This document shows, in pieces, positions 11,700 to 22,900 of a stretch of 64,000 bases of DNA. The DNA lies in the NCBI RefSeq assembly GCF_964188315.1, contig NC_135655.1, positions 81,406,001-81,470,000 of the forward strand. The letters run 5' to 3'. The first letter of the stretch is position 1; the number at the start of each line of letters is the position of its first letter. Origin of the DNA: Podarcis muralis. Taxonomy: Eukaryota. The translations under genes were made by a program, and so were the position numbers. The notes beneath the pieces are model-generated. The model saw nothing but the letters and a program-made list of their open reading frames with translations. It searched no databases and was not told the DNA's origin.

Positions 11700-14136
11700 G
11701 GAAAGGTTCTCCAGGTGTCCCTAATTTCCAGGATTTCCAGGGACATCCCTGCTTTAGAGAAGCCACCCTGGTTTTTTATTAGATCCCAGAATGTCTCGCT
11801 TTTCCTTAGGACATCCCTGTTTTCATTGGAGAAATGTTGGAGGCTATGAAATTATCCAACCCTTGAACTGTCTGAAAGCAATCCTGTATAAGGAAGAGGT
11901 TTTTTAATATTTAATGTTTTATTATGTTTTTATATTTGTTGGAAGCTGTCCAGAGTGGCTGGGGCAACCCAGTAAGATGTGTGGGGTAAAAATAGTAAAA
12001 TTATCGACAGGGATGCCCAATATCCCCCTTACTTTTTATAACAGTCCTGGAGGTTTTGTTAAACATGATTAGAGGGGACCAATTGGTCAAAGGAGTTCAG
12101 GTCGGAGCCAGAAATTACAAATTAAGGGCATTCGCAGATGACCTGGTATTGACTTTGCAACAGCCAGATACTAGTACCAAAAGAGTATTAGAATTAATTG
12201 AGATATTTGGTCAGGTAGCAGGATTTAAACTGAACAAACAAAAAACTAAAGTGTTGGAGAAAAATCTAACAATGGCAGAAAAAGAGAAGTTTCAGAGTGA
12301 AACAGGTTTAGTAATAACAAAAAAGGTGAAGTACCTGGGTGTGAACTTGACTTCTAAAAATGTGAATTTATTTAAAGACAATTATGATAAATGCTGGACA
12401 GAAGTGAAGAAAGATCTAGAAACATGGTCAAGGTTGAAACTTTCCTTGTTAGGTCGAATTGCTGTTATTAAGATGAATGTATTGCCTAGAATGTTGTTTT
12501 TATTCCAGACACTCCAGATCTTGGACAAGATGGACTGTTTCAAGAGGTGGCAAAAAGATATATCCAAGTTTGTCTGGCAGGGCAAAAAACCCAGAATAAA
12601 CTTTAAGATCTTAACTGATGCAAAAGATAGAGGGGGGTTTGCCCTGCCGGACCTGGGACTTTATTATGAATCGGCAGCGTTCTGCTGGTTGAAACAATGG
12701 CTGCTTCTTGAGAACACAGACATTTTGGATCTGGAAGGGTATGACAATAGATTTGGTTGGCATGCATATATATGGTATGACAAGGTAAAAATACATAAAG
12801 GTTTCAAAAACCATATTGTCAGGAAAGCACTATACAATGTTTGGATAAGATACAAAGATCTATTGGAAAGTAAAACTCCCAGGTGGCTATCACCAATGGA
12901 AGCTAAAGAGACAAAAAAACTTAATATGGAGTCCAAATGGCCAAGATATTGTGAAATCTTAGAGCAAGATGGTGAAAGAGTTAAATCACAGAGTTATGAT
13001 AAATTAAAGTCTAAAGTACGAGATTGGTTGCACTACCTTCAGATAAACGAGGTATTCAAACAGGACAGGAAAATAGGTTTTCAGATGGAGAGGTCGAAAT
13101 TAGAAACAGAATTGTTAGAACCCAATACTAAGAACTTGTCAAGAATGTATAATTTGCTGCTGAAATGGAATACGCAAGATGAAACAGTAAAATCAGCTAT
13201 GATCAAATGGGCACAAGACATAGGTCATGACATTATGTTTGATGACTGGGAAAGGTTATGGAATACTGGTGTTAGGTTTACGGCTTGTAATGCTTTGAGA
13301 GAAAACATAATGAAAATGATCTATAGGTGGTACATGACCCCAGTCAAACTTGCAAAAATTTACCATTTGCCCAATAACAAATGTTGGAAATGTAATGAGA
13401 CTGAAGGTACTTTCTATCACCTTTGGTGGACCTGCCCGAAGATTAAAGCCTACTGGGAAATGATCTATAATGAAATTAAAAAGGTCCTTAAATGGACATT
13501 TTCTAAAAAACCAGAGGCTTTTCTCCTGGGCATGGTGGGCCAATTGGTGCCAAGGAAGGACAGAACTTTTTTCATGTATGCTACCACAGCAGCAAGAATT
13601 CTTCTGGCAAAGTATTGGAAGACGCAGCAGCTACCCACTCTGGAAGAATGGCAAGCGAAGGTGATTGACTACATGGGAATGGCAGAGATGACCGGCAGAA
13701 TCCGTGATCAGGGGAGTGAGACAGTGGAAGAAGATTGGAAGAAATTTAAAATATACCTTAAAAATTGTTGTAACATTGAGGAGTGCTGAGATGTTATGGT
13801 GTTAAGAAACAGAGAATTGCAGCTGTAAATCATAAATTTAAGGAAATTATAATGAAGATGAGTTAATTAATTAAATGAAGGGTTGCTGTTAAAAGGGAAA
13901 AATAAGGATGCAGAAAAAGGGAGGTATGGGGAAGTCCGGGAAATAAGGTGAAGGAAAATAAGTTTAGGAAATTATACATGTTTATTTGTTTGTATGTTTT
14001 GTTTTGTTTTATTGTTTGTTTTTATTACATGTTTGGAAAATTAATAAAAATTATTTTAAAAAAATATAAAAATAGTAAAATTATCATTATGGAATAGGAC
14101 GTCCCTATTTTCATTGGAGAAATGTTGGAGGGTATG
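11700..14136. mobile_element. Composite non-autonomous element: ~40-bp direct repeats (11808-11850, 14097-14136) flanking an L2 3' tail, interrupted by the L1
   Basis: GGAC(A/G)TCCCT(G/A)TTTTCATTGGAGAAATGTTGGAGG(C/G)TATG occurs twice; L2-type tail at 11900-12005; left boundary approximate. Confidence 0.6.
12006..14066 (+). mobile_element. 5'-truncated L1-clade LINE with 19-bp TSD TAAAAATAGTAAAATTATC (11987-12005 and 14067-14085)
   Basis: Begins at RQGCPISP; FADD RT motif; C-terminal CWKC...HLWWTC zinc knuckle; open frame to the stop at 13789; 3'UTR with AATAAA and an A-rich tail. Confidence 0.95.
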
Positions 14137-14539
14137 TCAGGATTTCTACAGGAGCATTCCCCTCTCCCCACATGTTTTTTTCTCTCCTGTGGTGTGTCTC
14201 TGACACCTAGTGATCAGTTCAAGTAATGCAGGTTGTTTTGTCGACTCAGCGCCTAAAAGCTGAAAGATACTGGTATGCTTACATACCAAGGGTGTTTCCA
14301 GATGGGAGTTCATTGTAGAATCAGTTCTGCTTATGCACGACCTTTTTTTCTCCCCCAGCATCCACTTTATGCCACCATCATAACACCAGATCTTCCTTTT
14401 TCTTTTCCCATTTATTCTGGGTTTCCCCTCATCACTGAAAAGCCAATAAGTAAAAATAACCAATTGTGTACCTGCAGTCGCTGCTGTTAGCACATTACCT
14501 TCAGTGGGCTGTTTGTCACATGTGTGGTGACATTTCATT

Positions 14540-14805
14540 GGGAGCCAGTGTGGTGTAGTGGTTAAGAGCGGTAGTCTTGTAATCTGGGGAACCGGGTTCG
14601 CGTCTCCGCTCCTCCACATGCAGCTGCTAGGTGACCTTGGGCTAGTCACACTTCTCTGATGTCTCTCAGCCCCACTCACCTCACAGAGTGTTTGTTGTGG
14701 GGGAGGAAGGGAAAGGGGAATGTTAGCCGCTTTGAGACTCCTTAGAGTAGTGATAAAGCGGGATATCAAACCCAAACTCCTCCTCCTCCTCCTCCTACTA
14801 CTATT
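14540..14805 (+). mobile_element. tRNA-derived squamate SINE (Squam2-like / MIR-core type) with (CTC)n(CTA)n tail
   Basis: A box GTGGTGTAGTGG, B box GGGTTCGCGTC, GTGACCTTGGGCTAGTCAC core; family name from recall. Confidence 0.8.
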
Positions 14806-15283
14806 ACTTTCAGTCCCACACACATTTTATACTTTTATGAACTTGCAGAGGCTTGCGGAGGCGTTTCTGCCAATCTATTCTCTGGCCAACCAGGTCTCTG
14901 CAGCACTCAGCTAGTCCTAATCAAAAGGTGAAGCTATGGCAAAGAGATTCCTTACATGTGTCTCTGGGCAGAAAAAACACACACATGTGAAATTTGAGTA
15001 TTAGGATTGTCAGTGTTTCAGCCCCTGTTGTGAAGGTTCCCCCTCCCGCTGTTATGAGAGCAGCTCCAGCTTCTGTATAGGACAAGGCAGAAGAAGAGCA
15101 GACCTCCTTGCCTGCTGAGGTTGCTCGGAAATGTTTCCTTGAAGGCCACACCTCCAAACAGCTCAAAGCACATTTTTGTATGTATGAGGAGGGTATGGTT
15201 GTTATTTTGAGCATTTTGTTTTTGAATTAGTATTTATCAAGAGAGAGAGATGGTGGACACAATGTGTCCTTCGCTAATAAATA

Positions 15284-15752
15284 CCGTATTGGCCCAAATA
15301 TAAGCTGCACCTGAATATAAGTCACACCTTTAAAATTCGGGGGGGGGGAGAGAGAAAAAAAGACAATACCCGAATATAAGCCGCTCCCTTAAAATTCTGC
15401 AGGCACACCCACCTGAAACTGGCAAGTGTAGAAGAAAATCCTACAGGTACTGGAGAGGACCCCCAAGTGGGTTAAACACCCATTTGTAGCACTGTAAATG
15501 CAAATAAAAAAATCAATACTGCACTGTAAAATATGGGGAAAGCAATGAATGACATTAGAATTAATTGCACAACAGTCTCAAGCTTGCAAATTGGCAATAA
15601 AAAAATTTTTTTGTTCCATTTTACCATATGTCTGCTTCAGCAGCAATATTGTAAAAGCCATTTTTTGTAAGGTTGTGAATTTAAGCCTCATTTTAACTTT
15701 TCATGGTCAAAATTTGGAAAAAGAAGTGCAGCTTATATTCGGGCTAGTACAG
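15284..15752. mobile_element. Tc1/pogo-type MITE, TIR CCGTATTGGCCCAAATATAAGCTGCAC, TA TSD
   Basis: Inverted termini; second copy at 18563-18912. Confidence 0.85.
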
Positions 15753-17418
15753 TATTTATTCTTCCTTAAGTGTACAGGCAACTCACCATTTACAAGTGCA
15801 TAGCTGTCAACTTTCCCCTTTTCTTGTGAGGAATCCTATTTGGAATAAGGGAATTCCCTTTAAAAAAGGAAAAAGTTGACAGCTTTGTACAAGTGCTCTA
15901 TTCACGTGCAACCGGGGCGGAGGAAGGAGGGTGCGGGGGGTGCGGTCCGCCTCAGGTGTCGCCACTGAGGGGGGTGACAAAATGCTGGGCAGCACTCAGT
16001 GCGGGGCCTGCAGCGCACCCGAGCCACGCGTCTCTCCTGGGAGAGACATGGTGGCTTGTGCGCGCGCAGGCTCTGCGCTGCCCAAACAGTCTGCCTGCTG
16101 CTCCCAGCTGTAGAGTGGCTGAGTGGGAAGAGGCAGGCAGACTCTGCAGGCCCCGCGATGTGCGCCCCCCTGCATGCAACTGTGAACATGCATGGCGTGG
16201 GATCCCAGAAACTGATCCCAGAAATGGGGAGCACCCTGGAGATGTCCTCTTTGCCCTGGGGAGGGTCCCCTCGTGAGCCAGGAGGACTCTCTAGGGTGCT
16301 CCCAATATACAATACACAATTTCAGTTATATGCATGGAGGTGCAGAACATAACCTCCACATTGGGAGTTGCCTGTATTTCTTTTTGTGAATGGTAAAGAG
16401 GACTGGTAGGAGAAATGGTGGGTGACTTCTCCGTGTTACAGCTTTCAACACTTGTGTATTAATAAAACTGTAGGATTGTTTTCTCCCTTCTGATGTCATA
16501 AATGTGTGCGTGATTCAAGTTTTGAGAAAAGCATGAAGGTTTTGTTTTCTGTATGTTGAAAACTGATCTGTTTCTAGCATCCAGCCAGTTTTCCTGCTTT
16601 GATTACCTGTTTTTAATATACTTTTAAACATTTGTTTTCATATTAATACTGCTAAGCACTTCTTTTAAAAAAAACTTGTCTATTTGACACATTTGTACTG
16701 TTAGAATTTATGTTCTTATTTGTTCTCATTTGAGCAAGCCTCATTTATTTAAAAGAAGCCTTCTTGCCTTTCTAGTTTCCTCGACTCTTTCCATAACTAT
16801 GCTAGCCTCTACTTCAGGCATGCCCTAAAAAAAGCTCAACCACCCTGGTCGGCCCTCACACATGTTCACTTCATCAAATCTGGCCCTCTTTGAAAAAAGT
16901 TTGGGCACCCCTGCTCTACTTGGACTTAACATTTTCAAATCTGTGGTATACATTCTAGCTGAGCTTCAGTTATTGTGGTTTTCAATAAGCACTCTGAAGA
17001 GATTTGACTCCCTAGACTCACCCTTTTCAATTTCCTTGCAACTAATCCCTGCAGTTTTGCAATGTTTCCTCTTTTGAAATTAAATGTGGCTTTGTTGGAT
17101 TCTCTGGCCAACTTGCACTTATATACATGCTAAATTTGATAGCCCATCTAAACAGTTCCTTGACCATTCCAAAGCATAGTTATTTATTGTATTTGTTGGC
17201 AATTAGTGTACCAGAGGACAGTCCCCCCCCCCCCCACGTTAGATTTGGTGCCAGGGCCTCCAAACACTAGCCCCATAGATCAGATTGATGCCTTCCGTAC
17301 TTTTTGGACGCCAAGTCCCAACAGCCCCAGCCAGCATGGTTGGTGGTTGTAGATGATGGCAGCTCTAGCCCAACAACATCTGGAAGGCAACATGTTGGGG
17401 AAGACTGCCATAATGCTT

Positions 17419-17650
17419 AAAGGTAAAGGTACCCCTGCCCGTACGGGCCAGTCGTGTCCGACTCTAGGGTTGTGCGCCCATCTCACTTAAGAGGCCGGGG
17501 GCCAGCGCTGTCCAGAGACACTTCCGGGTCACGTGGCCAGCGTGACGAAGCTGCTCTGGCGAGCCGGCACCAGCGCAGCACATGGAAACGCCGTTTGCCT
17601 TCCCGCTATAAAGCAGTACCTATTTATCTACTTGCACTTGAGGGTGCTTT
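17419..17650 (-). mobile_element. 5'-truncated Sauria SINE
   Basis: (ACCTTT)n tail in reverse; GTACCTATTTATCTACTTGCAC core; possible ATGCTT TSD. Confidence 0.85.
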
Positions 17651-18488
17651 CGAACATGCTTGGGCACATGTAAATGTGCTTCCAGTTCAGCAGTGTTTCC
17701 ACTGGATCTCATTTTGTCCCTTACTGTCCCTTTCACCCACTCACTGCCTGCACAAACATCTGCTGCCATGCATCTGTGGTGGCAGCTGTGCCACAAGAGA
17801 TCGAAAGATCCATCAATTCCATTCCTCTCTATTTCTAATTTTTCCAACCATAAATTTAGTTTTTCACATTTCTGCAGTAATTTCCACATTTTTAAAAATC
17901 AGCATTTTAATGCGAATCTCTCCTAGTAAACACATTTTTGCATGCAGTTTTGACTAACGAACACCAAATTTTTGCAAGCATTTTCTCTTAACACAATGCA
18001 TTTTTGTATGCTCTTTTAATTAATATATGCATTTGTATGCACAGATTCCCCTTTATAATGTGCATTTTTAAAGCGCTGCTGGGTAAGTCTGGATTTTGAA
18101 GGAGAGGAGAACTCTTTCTCATTTAGTTTTGGAAAGTGCAAATTAGATGAAACTGGCTTGAAGTACAAACTGAATCGAATTTCCTTCTCCATCCCTGGAT
18201 GTGCCACTGTGTGTCATGTGAACAGCACAATGCATGAGCACGTTCAATCCCTACTGGAATGCATGGCCTATACTGGCTGCCTTTCTGCCACCTTGCTTGG
18301 TCAGAAGTCTTTCCCTCTGGTACTGTCTGTGATGCTTTGGGAGAAGGCAACTAGTTAGCACAGCCAACTAGCACAGACAAGCAGCAGGCCAGCGTTAAAA
18401 CCAGTGGAGTGCCAGCTTAGAAGGATGGGAAGGTGGGGTTCCACTGGAGGAGTGGGCAGGGGGTACTGTTAAACAAGCACACACACAG

Positions 18489-18536
18489 CATTCATTCATT
18501 CATTCATTCATTCATTCATTCATTCATTCATTCATT
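18489..18536. repeat. (TTCA)n microsatellite
   Basis: Direct reading. Confidence 0.95.
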
Positions 18537-18562
18537 GTAAAGCATTTCTAAACAGCTTACTA

Positions 18563-18912
18563 CTGTATTGGCCCAAATATAAGCCACACCTGCAAATAAG
18601 CCGCACCTCTAAAATTCAAGAGGGGGGGGCATGAAAAAAAGACAATACCCAAATATAAGCCGCTCCCTTAAAATTGGGTTACAGGCTGAAAATTGCTACA
18701 ATTCTGCAGGCACTCACACCCATAAATGGCAAATGAACAGTCTCAAGCTTGCAAATCAGCAATAAAACATTTTTTTGTTCCGTTTTACCGTATGTCTGTT
18801 TCAGCAGAGATATCGTAAAAGCCAATTTTTGTAAGGTCATGAATTTAAGCTGCACTTTAATTTTCATGGTCGGAATCTGGAAAAAAGTGCATCGTCTATT
18901 CAGGCCAATATA
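18563..18912. mobile_element. Second, shorter copy of the 15284-15752 MITE
   Basis: Shared left TIR and internal sequence; right end degraded. Confidence 0.8.
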
Positions 18913-19009
18913 CAAGATTACATAAAAACAATAAAACAATATCATAAAAACAGAAAAACAGCGCCCACTGCCTTGGGATGGCCATTTCATTCTACCTAAA
19001 GGTGCAGCC

Positions 19010-19401
19010 GGGGACACGGGTGGTGCTGTGGTCTAAATCACGGAGCCTCTTGGGCTTGCCGATCAGAAGGTTGGTGGTTCGAATCCCCACTCTGGAGTGA
19101 GCTCCAGTTGCTCTGTCCCAGTTCCTGCCAACCTAGCAGTTCAAAAGCACGCCAAAAAGTGCAAGTAGATAAATAGGTACCACTCCGGTGGAAAGGTAAA
19201 TAGCGTTTCCGTGTGCTGCTTGCTCTGGTTTCGGTGTTCCATTGCGCCAGAAGCAGCTTATTCATGTTGGCCACATGACCTGGAAAAACTGTCTGTGGAC
19301 AAACGCCGGCTCCCTCGGCCTGTAAAGCAAGATGAGCGCTACAACCCCAGAGTCGTCTGTGACTGGACTTAACTGTCAGGGGTCCTTTACCTTAACCTTT
19401 T
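19010..19401 (+). mobile_element. Full-length Sauria SINE, 13-bp TSD TAAAGGTGCAGCC (18997-19009, 19402-19414)
   Basis: tRNA-like head with GGTTCGAATCC B box, ACCTTT tail, exact TSD. Confidence 0.95.
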
Positions 19402-19639
19402 TAAAGGTGCAGCCAAGCCCTGTGTTTTCCAAAGATGTGGTGGAAAATGTCAGGGTATAACTGATGCCTTCTACTTTTCAGCACCTGTTAAGTGTTAACC
19501 TCAGTTATTAACTTATTCCAAGGCTGGTCATTATCCTATTCTGAAGAGATTCATGGGGTATGTTACAATCTGCCTGATGCAACAGGGCACACACCAAATC
19601 TACAGGAAAGATCTCACAAAACAGCCACGTCAGATTTGC

Positions 19640-19916
19640 ATAAGCTTGGATTGCTGTCTCTTCCTGTTCAGCTATGTTGAGTACATTTTTTAGCTGCGCA
19701 AAATGTGACTCGCAGGGGGGAAAGAACCGTTCAGCTTCTAAAGAAAGGAAGTACAGCTAGAGAGAGGAACTGAAAAAGTCTGCATGAATTACGGTCCCAC
19801 TCACTCACCATCTTGTTCATTTCCCCTTCAGTTCCAAGACCCAACAAACCTGTCTCTGTGTTGGGGATCCTTTGAGCTCTCTTGCAGAGAGAAGACCCCG
19901 TATGCGAATATAGGCA
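19640..19916 (+). promoter_or_regulatory. Proximal LPXN promoter with ETS and ETS-IRF composite motifs
   Basis: AAAGGAAGTA 19744-19753; GAGGAACTGAAA 19764-19775 (GGAAnnGAAA); CTTCCTGT at ~19660; about 140 bp upstream of the ATG. Confidence 0.55.
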
Positions 19917-19929
19917 ATGGATGATTTCG
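19917..19929 (+). CDS. LPXN: LPXN coding exon 1 (ATG GAT GAT TTC G | GTAAGT)
   Basis: 13-bp MDDF(D) start with a perfect donor; completes LD1 with exon 2 in phase 1. Confidence 0.85.
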
Positions 19930-22900
19930 GTAAGTAACTCTTTCACATTATACCAAAACAGTAAGGACTGACATGGTGCGGAAAGCACAAGAAGATTGCA
20001 CAATATTTCATCTTTTCTTTTATGGGGGGCGAGAGAACAGGGAGAATTGAAGATGTGAAGAGATTGAACACCGACTGTTGAGATGACACAGTTCCATCTG
20101 GGAGAGGCTTTGTGCCTCTAACATTCACAGCTGCATGACAGGCAAGAATTCAGCAGGTACAGCTTTTTCCATAACAAGAAAAAATAAGGTGAAGTAAAAA
20201 GAGCTGCAGATGTTGAATTTCTACCTCTCGGACAGCTGTTAAAAGCACAAAGACTTTCTTTACAGAAAAGCACCAGCCTTATTTGGGTCACTGGTGTTCC
20301 AGAAGGAAGAGCTCAAGTTAGGACAGAGGAACTTGAATAAATTTGAGGAATGGAGAACCAAAGATCCACACCATACCTTTAAATCTCATTCAAAGCACAT
20401 TTAAAACCCACGATTTCTCCCAAGAATCCTGGGAACTGTAGTTCATTAAGGGTGCTGGGAGTTGTAGCTCTGTGAGGGGAAAACTTTATCCACAGAGATG
20501 GAAGAAGCTTGTCCTTGTTAGTTTCCAATATATGGCATTTACAAAAGGTGATACATTAGAAAGATAATGATTGGTAAGGCAGTAGAAAGAAGAGGAATGG
20601 TTAGAGAAAACTGTGGTTGCAAATGACATCTGAACCAATTTATATGGAAAACAGGGGAGAACATTTTAAAGAAATTATTAGCAGTTTTAAATTCTAAAAT
20701 ATTCTAGAATATTCTAGATTGTGCTGGATACATGCAGAAAGGATATCTTTCTCTTTCACTGTGGTCTCACATTTAATTCTATCATCCTGCCCTTCCCTAC
20801 CTCACTTCCTTTTTTGCATCAGAGCTACTACCATAAATGGGTAATCCTGTTTGTGTGTCTGTGCGCGCGCACATACAATAAAAGCCACAAATCAATGTGG
20901 TGGGTCAGAGAGATGCATCATAATGTAATGAACAATAAAACAGAATTAAGCACAACCAATTACAAGTTACTTAATAAACTTGGTTGTTGACCCTTAAAAT
21001 GGCATAACTACCAAGTTTAGCTCAGCCTGTAATTTGTCTAGGTTTGATTTTCCATCATAACAATTTTTAATTTCAGTTTGCACTGAAGTTGGCCATAATG
21101 AAAAATACGTGCGTAAAAATGAGATAATTGAACCATTCAGGCTTCTGCAATAATATATTGCCTGTTGAACTTGTGGAATATGGTTCATGCCTTTAAAAGG
21201 TGGCAACTTTTGTCCTTTATTTGACATTCCTTTGTGTTATTTGAATCTAACTGGATGTAAGTTTGAGGTCTTTGTTAGGCCACATGACAACTATCTTTCC
21301 TTTCCGCGAGAAGAGGTATCTGAACAACAACTTTGTGGCTCTCACTTTTCTGATTTTGGACACTTCATTTCATGAGAGAGAAAAGCCACCGGATATTATA
21401 ACTCCATCTTTTAAAGGTGAAATTATGTGTCATGTACAACACACTAAAGGTCAACGGAGGAAGCAGAAATTAGGGCAAGGAGAAAGGCTATTGAAAGCTC
21501 CTCCCACAGATGAGACAATTGTGCTTCCTGAGAGCAAGGTATGTGGTAGAGGAAGCCAGCAAGTATTAATAGCTCTCTTTGAAGGTGCACCTAGGACAGA
21601 AGATGTACTGAATTGGGCTGGGCACCATATAAATAGGTGACTTGCATAGCCCAAGAGTGTCTGTGAGACAACTGTATGCAAGTCAGCACAAGAGAGATGC
21701 AAGGCAAAGAAAGAGAACACATATACTGATTTATCAAACTTCTGTTTCAAGCTGTTCCACAAGTTCAAGACAAGAGGCACCCAGGGCCAAATCCACACCT
21801 TACATTTAAAGCACTATTATACCACATTAACAGTCATTGCTTCCCCCAAAGAATCCTGGAAACTATAGTTCATTAAGGATTATGAAAGTTGTTAGAAGGC
21901 CCCCATTCTCCTCTTGGCACACTCAGCTACAGATCCCAGGATGCTTTGGGGGTACCATGGCTCTCAAACTTAATCCGTTCCGGAAATCCATTCCAAAACA
22001 AAGCATTCCAAAACCAAGGAGCGCTTTCCCATAGAAAGTAATGCAAAATGGATTAATCCATTCCAGACTTTTAAAAACAACCTCTAAAACAGCAATTTAA
22101 CAGGAATTTTAATATCTAACAAGACTATTGATCCATAAAACAATGTACTGCAGCCACACAATCAATCAATCAATCAATAGCTGAACTGGGTTCCACATAG
22201 TCACAAAAACAAAACAAAAAAGCCACAAAAGCAAAAATGCAAAATAAATAGCAAAACCAGGCAGACCTCAGCGTAGCACTCAAATCAGAAGCTTAACACT
22301 CAAAACGGAGCCCATTTGGCTTCCAAAAAAGGTTTGCAAAATGGAACATTTACTTCTGGGTTTGCAGTGTTTGGGTTCCAAGTTGTTTGAGTACCAAGGC
22401 GTTTGAGAATCAAGGTACCACTGCACCAATGCTTTAAATGTATGGTGTGGATGTTGGCAGTGGGCATGATAGGGGCAGGAAGAGAGGATGAACGATGGGA
22501 ATGGCAAAATTTAAACTATAATCGTTTTGTTTAGATGCTTTGTTGGCAGAACTGGAACAAGCCTCAGCAAGTTTAACTGTGAGTGATCCAGTAACGTCAA
22601 AGGGCTACTTTCTTCTGGAACGTGACAACAAGGAGAAACCAGCTGCGGCGGCAGCAGAGACCAGTGTCATCCAGAAGAAGAAACCAGTTGCTCCAGCCAA
22701 GAAGGTATTCTCCTTAAGCTGTTTACCTTCTTAGCAAGTTGCAGGTTAATTCAGCTTTTCAAGATGAATTACACTGGGGTGACTACACTTTGGGGGGCTT
22801 TGGGAGACATCCCCAGCTTCCAAGCCCTCCAAGTGCCAAATGCCAGTGATAGGCATGGTCACCCCACAACAGACATGTACACCACACACACACCAGAGCA

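Noticed and set aside
14146-14823. 225-aa minus-strand ORF
   Set aside because: Runs antisense through a SINE and its microsatellite tail; no protein motif
15890-16352. Cluster of overlapping 100-136 aa ORFs (also 54728-55129 and 62960-63400)
   Set aside because: GC-rich MITE interiors; open frames on both strands with no homology signal
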